From the NCBI GenBank assembly GCA_023512375.1, contig JAILZS010000007.1, forward strand, positions 894-64,893: a stretch of 64,000 bases of DNA. The letters are read 5' to 3'. Positions 18,532 through 28,275 of the stretch are shown piece after piece. The notes beneath the pieces are model-generated. The model was not told where the DNA came from. It did no database searches and saw only the letters and a program-made list of their open reading frames with translations. The DNA comes from Bacillota bacterium. GTDB lineage: Bacteria > Bacillota > Sulfobacillia > JAJZYS01 > JAILZS01. Position 1 is the first letter of the stretch, and the number at the start of each line of letters is the position of its first letter. Made by a program: the position numbers and the translations under genes.

Positions 18532-20265
18532 TTACGCCATCTCTGCACCGCCCACCCTGGGCGTGGACATCGCCCTTGCCGGTCGATGAGGGCGGGCCTG
18601 GAGCAACGCCTGGGCGGCGCGGCGTCCTTGGGCCATGGCGGCCACCACCGTGGCGGGACCCGTGAGCGCGTCACCCACGGCCCAGACCCGCTCGGCCACA
18701 GGGCGGGCGGCCAGCTCGAGGTACGCGTCCCGCTCCGCCACCGCTTGGGCCAGAGCCGGCGCACCGGCGGCAAGGCCGCTCGCCATGATGCGGCGGGGAA
18801 GAGCGGTCGATCCCGGGCGGGGCCGCCGAACCGGCAGGCGCACCCCGAGCGAAGACGCCACTTCCTCGTCCACACGATAGCCCATCGCCAACACGACCCG
18901 GTCGGCGGCCACCGCCCGAGGCGGCCCGACGATGCGCGGCGTCTCGAAGGCGGTCGCCTGGCGCGTGGCGGCCACTTCCACCCAGCGCTGGCCGGCCTCC
19001 TCCCGCACGGCGGTCACCGAAGTGAGGAACTCCACCTCGACGCCTTCCGCCCGCGCTTCGGCCAGCTCGTCGGGGCGCACCCGAGCAAACGCCTCGGCCA
19101 TCCAGTCCAGCGCCAGCGCCCGAGCGCCCAGGCGAAGCGCCGTCCGCGCCACGTCCATCGCCGTGTTGCCGGCGCCCACCACCACCACCCGCGTGCCGGC
19201 GCCCACGTCCGCAAGTGCGCCGCCCGCTGCCAAGGCGTGTCGGGCACGGCGCAAGAAGGAGGTGGCGTCCTCTACCCAGGGCAGGTCCGCCCCCGGGACT
19301 CGGAGCGACATGGGAATCGTGGCGCCGAAGGCCAGGAGGACGGCGTCAAAGCGGTCCAGCAGCTCCGCCCAGGTGGGGTGTCGGCCCACGTCGGCGCCGG
19401 TCGTCAGCTCGACGCCGGCCGCCAACAGCGCCTCGAGAGGGCGACGGGCGACCTGAGGCGGCAGGGTGAAGGCCGGTATACCCCAGGCCAAGACGCCCAG
19501 CGGCTCCGGTTCGCGTTCGAACAGGTGGACGTGCGCGCCCTCCTCCACCAGTGTCCAGGCGGCGGATAGCCCAGCCGGTCCCGTGCCGACCACGGCCACC
19601 GAGCGCTCCAGGCCGGCGCCCATCACCGTCGGCCGAGCCGGCGGCGCGACCGGCGCGCGATCGGCGACAAACCGCTCCAGCAGGCCGATGGCCACCGGGT
19701 CGGCTCCCGCCAAGGCCCAGGAACAGGCGCCTTCGCATTGGCTGGCCTGGTCGCACACGCGGCTGCAGACGTCCGGCATCATGCTGGTCTGCCGCAGAAC
19801 GGCATGCGCGCGCGCCAGATCGCCGTCGCGCACGGCGGCGATGAAGGCAGGGATGTCGTTATGCGCCGGGCAGCCCTGGACGCAGGTGGGATCCGGACAG
19901 CTCAAGCAGCGGGCGGCCTCCGCCCATGCTTCCTCCCAGCTCGTCAGTCCGCGCCGTGTCTCGGCGATGCTGCCCACCATGGGGTCGGGCAACCGATGCG
20001 GTGGGCGTTGGCGGAGAGGCACCGAAGGTGAGCCCTGGATGGCGATGGCGCCGAACGGACAGGTGCGCTCGCATTGCCGGCAACCGATGCACCGCTCGTC
20101 CTCGCCCGCCGCCATCCATGCCGCGGTGTCCAGGTGGAGGGCTCCGGCGGGACAGCGAACGACGCATTCCTGACAGCCCGCGCAACGACCGACGTCGATC
20201 TCGATGCGGCGGCCGGGCGGCGCCTGGCCGATTTCGTACGGCAGAGCAGCGGAAACCGCCATCAC
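18532..20265 (-). CDS. GltD-like NAD(P)H-dependent FAD oxidoreductase fused to an N-terminal 2x[4Fe-4S] ferredoxin domain (AegA/YgfT-like)
   Basis: CxxCxxCxxxCP ferredoxin motifs (CAGCQECVVRCP, CIGCRQCERTCP). GltD-type Cys clusters and two dinucleotide-binding motifs (VAVVGTGPAGLSAA and VVVVGAGNTAMDVA). Confidence 0.75.
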   Translation of the reverse strand: MMAVSAALPYEIGQAPPGRRIEIDVGRCAGCQECVVRCPAGALHLDTAAWMAAGEDERCIGCRQCERTCPFGAIAIQGSPSVPLRQRPPHRLPDPMVGSIAETRRGLTSWEEAWAEAARCLSCPDPTCVQGCPAHNDIPAFIAAVRDGDLARAHAVLRQTSMMPDVCSRVCDQASQCEGACSWALAGADPVAIGLLERFVADRAPVAPPARPTVMGAGLERSVAVVGTGPAGLSAAWTLVEEGAHVHLFEREPEPLGVLAWGIPAFTLPPQVARRPLEALLAAGVELTTGADVGRHPTWAELLDRFDAVLLAFGATIPMSLRVPGADLPWVEDATSFLRRARHALAAGGALADVGAGTRVVVVGAGNTAMDVARTALRLGARALALDWMAEAFARVRPDELAEARAEGVEVEFLTSVTAVREEAGQRWVEVAATRQATAFETPRIVGPPRAVAADRVVLAMGYRVDEEVASSLGVRLPVRRPRPGSTALPRRIMASGLAAGAPALAQAVAERDAYLELAARPVAERVWAVGDALTGPATVVAAMAQGRRAAQALLQARPHRPARAMSTPRVGGAEMA

Positions 20266-21800
20266 TCCGCACCTCCCATCGCGGCGTACAGGAGCATGAG
20301 CGCGACGCCCACCGCGGCGACAAAGGCCAAGGCGACCGCGGTGAGAAAGCGCGGCCGCCGCGCCTCACCGCTCAGGTCGCGCCGGACGATGCTACGGGTG
20401 GCGTACAGGGAACCGATCGTGCCCAATGCCATGACCGCCATCTGCACGTGCACCACGCCGCTCGTGGGCAGGAGGCGCACGCTGTACAGGTGCGAGTGTG
20501 CGGTGCCGAAGAGGTTCCAGCCCAAGTCGAAGGGATCGGAGATCGCGGGTACGATGCGCAGCGCATGGTCGCATAGCTTGGGAAGCTGGCGCGCCAGGTA
20601 GTCGGCCGCGATGACCGGGATGAGGCCATAGCTAAGCGGCGTGAGCCAGCGCTCCAGCGCCTGCCAGCGCGCGGCGCGGGCGAGGGGACGGGATACGGCT
20701 GCGCCCACCGCACGCAGCCCGGAAGAGGGACGTGCGAACACCGCCCGCAAGCCAGCGACGTAGCCCACCACCGCCGCCATCGTCAGAGCGACGATGCCCA
20801 CGTAGTCGACGGGGTTGGGATACCCAGGAAAGTGCAACGTGCGGTTCAACCAGGCGTCCACCGGAGCGTAGGGGGCGAGCGCGTTCACCTGTTGGAAGAC
20901 GACGATGCCCAGAAGGCCCAAGGCGACCACCGCGATGTCCCACCGTCGACGCACGGGCTTGACCACCGATGTAAGCGGCGGCTGAAGGTAGAGGCCGACG
21001 TTGTCGTAGGGGCAATTCTTGAAGCACTCAGAACAGAGCCCGCACATGAGGTTGGACGAAGCGCTACCCGGCCACTCGTACCACGGGCAACCATAGCCGC
21101 GCTCGCTACCGCGCATACAGTCCTTAGTCGGACAGGTGAGACAGGTGTTGCGGTTGCGGGTACGAAAACCGGCCACCATACCAGTGGATCCTACCGTGCC
21201 GATGAGTCCCGACAGCGGACAGAGATAGCGGCAAAATGTACGCCTTTCAAACACGAGGAACGTAACAAGCGCAAGGGCGATGATGAAGAACACGAGATAG
21301 CTCGTGTAGACCGGACGACCAGGCCCGGCAATGTTGAAGAACTCTTCAAACCACGTGAGGACAACGAACACGATCAGGGACGGGATGAGACCATACCGGC
21401 TCAGCGTCCTCGACCAGCGCCGTCCCAGGGTGAGTGCGCGCGGATGGCGCCGCCACAGGGAGAGCCGCTGCACCCACTCCGCCAATCCCCCGAAGGGGCA
21501 CATGAGGCACCATCCGCGCCCAACGCCCACCATGAGGAGGAACACAGCCGCGAACCAAATGTACCAGGTGATCACCGTGGCGAAATTGCGCGTCGGGTCG
21601 GCCGCGCCCAGCACGCCGGTGAGGATCACGAGCCAGAAGATGACCTGGTTGGGCAAGATGGCCAGGAACTGGAACAGGCGGCTTTTCAGGGCACGGCGGA
21701 TGGGTCGAAAGCGGCTCAGCTCCCACCCGGGGGCGGGATCCGTGGGGGCAAATATCTCCCGAGCCGCCGCTTGTTCCGGCTCGCGCAGACGGACGGCCAT
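20262..21800 (-). CDS. Membrane-bound polyferredoxin (NapH/MauN/NosR-like 4Fe-4S binding protein)
   Basis: Multiple TM helices carrying CLMCPFGGL and CRYLCPLSG motifs, plus a C-terminal Cys-rich ferredoxin region (CLTCP...CMRG...CGLCSECFKNCP). A 4-bp overlap with the downstream oxidoreductase implies an operon. Confidence 0.7.
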   Translation of the reverse strand: MAVRLREPEQAAAREIFAPTDPAPGWELSRFRPIRRALKSRLFQFLAILPNQVIFWLVILTGVLGAADPTRNFATVITWYIWFAAVFLLMVGVGRGWCLMCPFGGLAEWVQRLSLWRRHPRALTLGRRWSRTLSRYGLIPSLIVFVVLTWFEEFFNIAGPGRPVYTSYLVFFIIALALVTFLVFERRTFCRYLCPLSGLIGTVGSTGMVAGFRTRNRNTCLTCPTKDCMRGSERGYGCPWYEWPGSASSNLMCGLCSECFKNCPYDNVGLYLQPPLTSVVKPVRRRWDIAVVALGLLGIVVFQQVNALAPYAPVDAWLNRTLHFPGYPNPVDYVGIVALTMAAVVGYVAGLRAVFARPSSGLRAVGAAVSRPLARAARWQALERWLTPLSYGLIPVIAADYLARQLPKLCDHALRIVPAISDPFDLGWNLFGTAHSHLYSVRLLPTSGVVHVQMAVMALGTIGSLYATRSIVRRDLSGEARRPRFLTAVALAFVAAVGVALMLLYAAMGGAE

Positions 21801-22238
21801 AGGCGCACCTCCTGGCGCGAGACTACGGCCGCGCCGTGCCTATCACCAGCGGCCAAGGAACCAACGCCGGACCCAGTTGCGACCTATGGCCCAGGCCTAC
21901 TCCCGACGCGCACCCCACAGGCGACGAACGACGTCACCGATCACAGGCCCGACGGCCCATGCGTCCGGCCTACCGTGAGGGCAACGCGACGAGGCCGAGG
22001 GGCCGTGCCGCATACGTCCTTTGGGCCCTGGGCGGGCGTCGCCGGGAGGGGGCCCGGTGGACCCGTGGGCCGACGAGGCGATGGGAATCGGGCGCAACGC
22101 CGTGCCGGGCGCCGTTGCGCCAGCACGGCAACGGGGCGAAACGGCGGCGTCGAGGCGAAAGGGCGCAAGGCGAGGCAGGGCACAAGTGGCCGCGGCGGCC
22201 AACCTTCCGAAACCGAAGAGGCCGTGCGCCGGCCCCTC

Positions 22239-23390
22239 TTACCCTTCCCCCGCGCCTTCGTCCCGCGCCGTCGCTATCAGGAGCGTGTCGCCCGCCAACA
22301 CAGGCACCCCGACGGTGGGCAGGGCGAGGAGGCGCTCGCCCCGTCGGATGCAGAGCACCGTCGATCCACCCCCCTCCGCCGCTGCCACCTCCCCCACCGT
22401 GCGCCCGGCCCAGGGCATGCCCGCATCCACGTCGATCTCGCGCACCTCCAGCCGGGCGTCGTCCACCACCTGGTCGAGGAAGTCCGCCACGAGAGGCTGG
22501 GCGAGCAGGCGTGCCATCCGCAGCCCGCCCAGGCGTGTGGGCATGACGATGCGCTCCACCCCCAGGTGCCGGAGCTGGCGCTCCGCCCGCACGCTCTCCG
22601 CCCGCGCCACCACCGGTACGTGGGGCGCCAGCTCGCGCACGGCGAGATACGCGTAGAGGTTCTGTGCGTCCTCGGGCAAAGCGAGCGCCACGCCGCCCGC
22701 CCGGGCCACGCCTGCGCGTTCCAGCACGCCGTCCTCCAGGGCGTCGAGGGCCAGCACCAGGCATCGTCCCCCCTCTTCCAGGAGGCGGGCGCGGTGTGGG
22801 TCGCGCTCGATGACCACCACCGCGCCGCCGCGGCGCGCCATCTCCTCCGCCAGGTGCGTCCCCACTCGCCCGCCGCCCACCACCACCGTGTGGCCGGAGA
22901 GCCGGGCGATACGCGCCTCCATACGGCGTCCCTCCCACAGCGCCCCCAGGTCCAGCGAGACGAGTGTGCCCGCCACCACCGCCACCACCACGCCCCAGCC
23001 CGCGTACCCCAAGAGGGCGAGGCCGCCCAGGACCGCGTACTGCACCGGCGTGCGCGGTACCAGGCGCTGGTCGCCGAGCGTGGCCATGGTGGTGAGCGCG
23101 CGGTACAGATTCACGCCCAGGCCGCCGCCGAATGCCGCGTGCAAGGCCAACGTGCCCGCGGCGGCCACGCCAGCCACGGCCGCCAGCGCCGGCCACAGCT
23201 TGGCCCACACGTCCCTCGGCGTCGCCACCCGCGCCGCCCCCCGGCCGCCCAGCGGGCGTCGTCCATTCCCTGGTCGGTTCGTGGCCCCGCCTCCCCGCTC
23301 CTGGCGCCATAGGCCTCCCCCGTGAGGATCCCGGTTCGGGCGGCAAGCACCCGTCGGTTTCACGGCCGCCCCCCTAGCAGGCGCCGTCAA
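22239..23390 (-). CDS. Two-TM ion channel with cytosolic RCK/TrkA-N and TrkA-C domains (NaK/MthK-like); start uncertain (about 23210-23390)
   Basis: A pore region GVNLYRALTTMATLGDQRLVP flanked by two TM helices. An RCK Rossmann fold (TVVVGGGRVG) and a TrkA-C domain. The filter is TLGD rather than TVGYGD. Confidence 0.65.
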   Translation of the reverse strand: MTAPARGAAVKPTGACRPNRDPHGGGLWRQERGGGATNRPGNGRRPLGGRGAARVATPRDVWAKLWPALAAVAGVAAAGTLALHAAFGGGLGVNLYRALTTMATLGDQRLVPRTPVQYAVLGGLALLGYAGWGVVVAVVAGTLVSLDLGALWEGRRMEARIARLSGHTVVVGGGRVGTHLAEEMARRGGAVVVIERDPHRARLLEEGGRCLVLALDALEDGVLERAGVARAGGVALALPEDAQNLYAYLAVRELAPHVPVVARAESVRAERQLRHLGVERIVMPTRLGGLRMARLLAQPLVADFLDQVVDDARLEVREIDVDAGMPWAGRTVGEVAAAEGGGSTVLCIRRGERLLALPTVGVPVLAGDTLLIATARDEGAGEG

Positions 23391-24552
23391 CGACGGGGCA
23401 GACCACCTCGCCCAACGTGTCCACCGTCACCCGCACCGAGACCGCGACCGGCAGGCGCCGAAATCCCCGCTCGCTCCAATGGGCGGCCAGGGCGGGCCAG
23501 TCGCGTGCGTCCTGCGCCCGCACGTACTCGCCGAGGCCGAACACGTCCGCGCCCACGCGTTTCGCCTGGCGCAGGGCGTCGAGCGCATCCCGGACGAGGA
23601 TCTCGGCCGCGCCCTCCCTGGCGCGGTCGAGCTCCACCGGCGACCGCCACCAGTTCGGCGCCGCGCCCTCGCTGGCCAGAAGGCGCAGGGCCACCCGCAC
23701 ACGGATGTCCGCCATGGGCCCCCCGCCCTGCCGCACCACCCGGACGGACCGTTGGGAGCGGACGATCTGAAACACCACGCGGCCCGGCGGCCAAGGCACG
23801 GCAAAGGTCTGCTGCCGAACCCGGCCGGCGACGAGGAGCCATCCCAAGGCGGGAGGACCGTCCAGCCAGCCGACCAACGCGTCGCGTCGGAAGAGCGCAT
23901 CCCCGGTCAGCCGCGGCGCCGCCTCGCGCCCCGTTCCCTGGGCGGCGTCGACGACCAGCCCCGCCGTCACCGCCTCGTCCGTGTCGCTTTGCGCGTCGCG
24001 CAGGAACGAGTACAGGTGTAACGGCCGATACGGCGTGCGCTGGCGGTTCTCCACCGCCGTGTCGATGAGCACCTCGTCCGGTCTTGGCGTGACCGCCTTG
24101 AGACCGGTCAGCACGTCGTAGGCGCTCATGCCGCGGGCGACCAGCAGCCACGGCGTGGTGACCATCTCCGGAGCGCTGCCCAGCAGCGCCAGAGGGGCGC
24201 CGGCGCCCTCCCGGGCCACCGACTCCGACAAGACCACCGCCTCGACGTGCGAGAAGTCGAGGCTGAGAAAGGACATGGTCCTTAGCCTCTGGATGGCGAC
24301 AGCGAGGTCCGGCGCCTCCGCATGGCGGACCAGGACGCCGGGAACCTGACCCAACCCGGGAGACGTGGAGGAGGCCGAGGGCATGTCGACGCTCGCCGTG
24401 ACACGGTAGCCACCCCTCTCCGCGCGGTCCACCCCCAGCAGGGTGACCATGCCCGTCTTCTCGATGGGAGCGATCCCCCAGCATCCCACAAGACTGGTAA
24501 GACCGATCCCGCCCAAGAGGGCGAAGGCCGCCCGCCGCCACCGCCGGTTCAT
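23374..24552 (-). CDS. Spore germination protein, GerAC/Ger(x)C family lipoprotein
   Basis: A lipobox LTSLVGCWG and the C-terminal GADVFGLGEYVR motif typical of Ger(x)C. ATGA overlap with the upstream gerB-like gene. Confidence 0.8.
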   Translation of the reverse strand: MNRRWRRAAFALLGGIGLTSLVGCWGIAPIEKTGMVTLLGVDRAERGGYRVTASVDMPSASSTSPGLGQVPGVLVRHAEAPDLAVAIQRLRTMSFLSLDFSHVEAVVLSESVAREGAGAPLALLGSAPEMVTTPWLLVARGMSAYDVLTGLKAVTPRPDEVLIDTAVENRQRTPYRPLHLYSFLRDAQSDTDEAVTAGLVVDAAQGTGREAAPRLTGDALFRRDALVGWLDGPPALGWLLVAGRVRQQTFAVPWPPGRVVFQIVRSQRSVRVVRQGGGPMADIRVRVALRLLASEGAAPNWWRSPVELDRAREGAAEILVRDALDALRQAKRVGADVFGLGEYVRAQDARDWPALAAHWSERGFRRLPVAVSVRVTVDTLGEVVCPVVDGAC

Positions 24553-25664
24553 GTTGCGCCGCCGCCCCTCGCCCCACCCCGGCGGCCCGCAGGCGCCATC
24601 CCGTAGACGGCGGTCAGCACCGCGGCGAACACGGGAACGCACGCCGCGCTGACCGGATACAGGGCTCGGTCCACCGCGAGGAGATTGGGAAAGAGCAACA
24701 TACTCAGCAAGCCGCTCGCCAGCGCGATGGCGGGAATCCACATGACGCTCGCGGCGGGGACCGGCACGAGGAGACACGCCAGCCGGTGCCACATCCAGAA
24801 CATGATCCCCACCTTCTCCATGGCCGAGACGATCTCGATGGGCATGACGAGGGAGTCGAGGTGTTCGAGATAGGCGCTGTACGGCAGCTCCTTCGACAGG
24901 TCGAGGAAGGGCAGGGCCAGCTCGGCGGCTCGCGCTGGGCCGAAGTCGGCCACGATCACCGCCAGGCCCGCCGAGAGAAGGACCGCCGCCAGCGCGGTCG
25001 CAAGCGCCAACGCGCTGCCGGCGCGCCGCCTGTGTTGCCCCTCCAACCTGTCCGCGAGGAGGGCACCGACCAAGGCGGGTTCCACGAGCCACAGCCATTC
25101 CAGGCGGAGCGATACCCCAATGCCCGGCGGGAAGACGCCCGGCAGGAGGGGAAGGAGCCGCACCACCTGGAGGAGGGGAAGGACGAGCATGAGGCCGCCG
25201 AGGTACGTAACCGACAACGCGGGGGCGAGGACCGCCGAGGTGCGACCGATCACGACGGGGCCCAGCCACGCCAACAGCCCTCCCTCGATGAGGATGAGGA
25301 GGGTCAAGGCAGAGATCGGCACGTTGCCCTTCACGTAGGTCGCGGCGGCGCCCTCCGCCGTCTCGCGCAAGACGAGGACGCAGACGATCCCGACGGCCAT
25401 CCACGCGCCGGCCAGGAGGAGGCGCCCCAGCCAGGCCGGGCGCACGCCAGCGGCGGCCTGCGCCAGGTCCCCCCGCCCGGCGGCCATGCTCCCGACCCAC
25501 CATGCAAACGCCACCGCGGGGGGAGCGGCGAACAGCGGCGTCTGCCAAGCGTACCGGCCGGCGAGCCGCACGAGCTCGCCCGGCACCTCCAGGAAGACCG
25601 TCGGCAGGACGCCGATGAGCGCGATCCAGAAGAGCTGCCGCGCGGTAAGCCTGCCTCGGCTCAC
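24549..25664 (-). CDS. Spore germination protein, GerAB/Ger(x)B family (APC-like spore permease)
   Basis: About 10 TM helices with the spore-permease pattern. GTG start sharing GTGA with the gerA-like stop. Confidence 0.75.
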   Translation of the reverse strand: MSRGRLTARQLFWIALIGVLPTVFLEVPGELVRLAGRYAWQTPLFAAPPAVAFAWWVGSMAAGRGDLAQAAAGVRPAWLGRLLLAGAWMAVGIVCVLVLRETAEGAAATYVKGNVPISALTLLILIEGGLLAWLGPVVIGRTSAVLAPALSVTYLGGLMLVLPLLQVVRLLPLLPGVFPPGIGVSLRLEWLWLVEPALVGALLADRLEGQHRRRAGSALALATALAAVLLSAGLAVIVADFGPARAAELALPFLDLSKELPYSAYLEHLDSLVMPIEIVSAMEKVGIMFWMWHRLACLLVPVPAASVMWIPAIALASGLLSMLLFPNLLAVDRALYPVSAACVPVFAAVLTAVYGMAPAGRRGGARGGGAT

Positions 25665-27163
25665 GGACCCTTCCGGCCCCCCGCCGCCTGCGGGCGGGGA
25701 GGTCGGGCTAGGAACGACCGCCGCATGGCCGGCAGCGGGCGCCGCCACAAGACGTCCTGCAGGCCGCGCAAACGGCGGGGGCTGACCGGTGCGAGGTAGG
25801 GCACGCCGAAGGAGTCGATCGCGCATAGGTAGATCAGAAGGAGCATGAGCCCCCACATCATGCCGAACAGGCCGAACGCCGCGGCCAGCAGGATGAGAGG
25901 GAAGCGCAGCAGGCGCAGCGCCATGGCGGCGTCGCGCGACGGCACGATGAACGAGACGATGAACGACAGCGAGACCACCACCACGGCGGGCGCGCTGAAC
26001 AGGCCCGCGATGACGGCGGACTGGCCGATGACGATGGCGCCGATGATCGAGACGGACTGCCCGAGACTGCTCGGGACGCGCAGGCCGGCCTGGCGGATGA
26101 CCTCCACCAGGATCTCCAGCAGAAGCACTTCCGCCGCCACCGGAATGGGAACGTTGGATCGCGCCTGCGCGATGGAGAGAAACAATGGCGTAGGAACCAG
26201 CTGAAGGTTTACCGTCAGCAGAGCGACGTAGAGAGGGGAGACGACAAGGGCCGTCAGAAAGCCCATGAACCGTATGGTGCGCTCAATCGTCGCACCAAGT
26301 GGTCGGATGTAATAATCCTCCGGAACGTGAAGGATGTCGGCGAAGACCTGCGGCACGATGACGATGGTGGGCGATCCGTCGCAAAGGATGATCACCCTTC
26401 CCTCCAGGACGGCCGATGCGGCGACATCGGGCCTCTCGGTCGTGTGCACGGCAGGGAACAGATACGATCTGGGTACGAGCCATTGGGAGAGCATGCCGCT
26501 GTCCGTGATGAAGTCGGCCTCGACGTGGGACAGACGACGGCGAACCTCCGTCAGGAGATCGAGGCGCGCCAGTCCCTGCACGTAGACCACCGCGACCCGC
26601 GTGCGGCTACGTCGGCCGATCGCGAGCGTTTCCACCCGCATGCGGCGGCTGGGAACCTCCTTGCGCAACAGGGCGAGGTTCGTCGCCAGATCCTCCACGA
26701 AGCCCAGGTGCGGACCCTGGGAGACGAGTTCGGCCGGCGGCTCCTGGGGCTGACGCTGCGGCCATCGGGCCACGTCCCAGACCCATGCGCCGTCTGCGCC
26801 GGCAAGGATCACCACGGCCTTGCCCGCCAACAAGGCGTCCGCCGCCTCGCCGTAGGTGCGGACCGCTTCGAACCCGGGCGGGGCCGAAGGCCGCTCCCCC
26901 GACCGAAGGAGCGCCCGGGAGAACGGGCGCACGACCTCGTCGTCGAGGCGCCTCGGGTCCACGATCGTCTCCAGGTAGACGGCGCGCACCGCCTTCCCGA
27001 TCCGCCGCACGCGCAGGTCGGCAGGCGCCCCGAGGAGCCTGCGGATGCGCTCGACATCCGCCGCCCCCGCCTGCCGTATGGGCAGCCGGGCGCTGAGCCC
27101 GTCCGCCTCGTCGAGCGCGTCGTCGCAGAGAGCCGCCACCTCGCGAAGGTCCAGCGTGTCCAT
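25661..27163 (-). CDS. Spore germination protein, GerAA/Ger(x)A family
   Basis: An N-terminal soluble region and a C-terminal multi-TM domain with the GerA signature (VIILCDGSPTIVIVP...FMGFLTALVVSPLYVALLTVNL). First gene of an A-B-C germinant receptor operon. Confidence 0.8.
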   Translation of the reverse strand: MDTLDLREVAALCDDALDEADGLSARLPIRQAGAADVERIRRLLGAPADLRVRRIGKAVRAVYLETIVDPRRLDDEVVRPFSRALLRSGERPSAPPGFEAVRTYGEAADALLAGKAVVILAGADGAWVWDVARWPQRQPQEPPAELVSQGPHLGFVEDLATNLALLRKEVPSRRMRVETLAIGRRSRTRVAVVYVQGLARLDLLTEVRRRLSHVEADFITDSGMLSQWLVPRSYLFPAVHTTERPDVAASAVLEGRVIILCDGSPTIVIVPQVFADILHVPEDYYIRPLGATIERTIRFMGFLTALVVSPLYVALLTVNLQLVPTPLFLSIAQARSNVPIPVAAEVLLLEILVEVIRQAGLRVPSSLGQSVSIIGAIVIGQSAVIAGLFSAPAVVVVSLSFIVSFIVPSRDAAMALRLLRFPLILLAAAFGLFGMMWGLMLLLIYLCAIDSFGVPYLAPVSPRRLRGLQDVLWRRPLPAMRRSFLARPPRPQAAGGRKGP

Positions 27164-27339
27164 GTGCCTAGCATGTCGGCGGCTTGCGCCGGCATTCCTC
27201 GCCTCGCCCGCCTCAGACGACGCCGTCCGTCCCTGACGCCGCAAGCGCCCGAGGGCGGCGCGGGCGGAGCCGCGGCTTTCAGCCCCGCCCATGGTCCGCC
27301 GTCCCGCGCCGCCCTTAGGCCGCCCTCGCCCGGCGCCGC

Positions 27340-28275
27340 TCAGCCCAGGCGGGCGATCGCCTCGACCATGAGGCGCCAGAACGCCGGCGCATCGAGTTGC
27401 ATGGCCACCTCCGCGTTGGGCGGGCGCCCCGTCACGCCGTGCACGTCGCACACCGTACGGCCGTACGTGAGCGGGCCTAAGCACTCCACCTCCACCGCCA
27501 TGGGCCGCAGGGTGAAGAGGGACGGCTCGATCAGGTACGCCACCGTGCAGGCGTCATGCACCGGCGGGGCGGGAAAACCGAACACCCGCTGGTAGCTGGC
27601 GCCGAAGAAGTCCAAGAGCTCCGCCGCCACCCGGCCCACGCGCCCGGCGGCGCGCAGCGCCTCCACCGCCTCGGGGGTGGCCAGGGCCTGATGCGTGACG
27701 TCCAGGCCCATCATGACGATGGGGATGCCGCTTCGAAACACGATGCGGGCCGCCTCGGCGTCGAAGAAGATGTTGAACTCCGCGGCCGGCGTCACGTTCC
27801 CCAGGCCGACGCTGCCGCCCATGAGGACGATGCGGGGGATGCGCTGCACGAGCGAAGGGTCGCGCAGAAGGGCCATGGCCACGTTCGTCAGCGGCCCCGT
27901 GGCCACGAGCGTCACCTCCCCCGGGCGGGAGAACGCCTCCGTGAGGAGGTCGACGCCGTGGCGCGGGTCGAGCCCCAGCCCCGGTTCCGGGTCGGGCAGG
28001 GCCGGGCCGTCGAGGCCGCTCTCACCGTGGATCTCCGGCGCGTGCACCGCCTCCCGCACCAAGGGGCGGTCCATCCCCGCCGCCACCGGTACCCGCAGGC
28101 CGGCGAAGCGGGCCACGCGAAGCGCGTTCGCCGCCGTCTTGGCCAGGGACTGGTTGCCCGCCACGGCGCTCACCGACACCACCTCGACGGCGGGGTGACC
28201 GGCGGCGAGGAAGAGGGCCAGGGCGTCGTCGTGCCCGGGGTCGACGTCCATGTGGATGCGGACCGGCGCGCTCAC
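27340..28275 (-). CDS. Inosine-uridine preferring nucleoside hydrolase (IUNH family)
   Basis: The N-terminal DVDPGHDDALAL aspartate cluster, GPLTNVAMAL and a C-terminal HDACTVAYLIEP region. GTGA overlap with the upstream gene. Confidence 0.8.
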   Translation of the reverse strand: MSAPVRIHMDVDPGHDDALALFLAAGHPAVEVVSVSAVAGNQSLAKTAANALRVARFAGLRVPVAAGMDRPLVREAVHAPEIHGESGLDGPALPDPEPGLGLDPRHGVDLLTEAFSRPGEVTLVATGPLTNVAMALLRDPSLVQRIPRIVLMGGSVGLGNVTPAAEFNIFFDAEAARIVFRSGIPIVMMGLDVTHQALATPEAVEALRAAGRVGRVAAELLDFFGASYQRVFGFPAPPVHDACTVAYLIEPSLFTLRPMAVEVECLGPLTYGRTVCDVHGVTGRPPNAEVAMQLDAPAFWRLMVEAIARLG

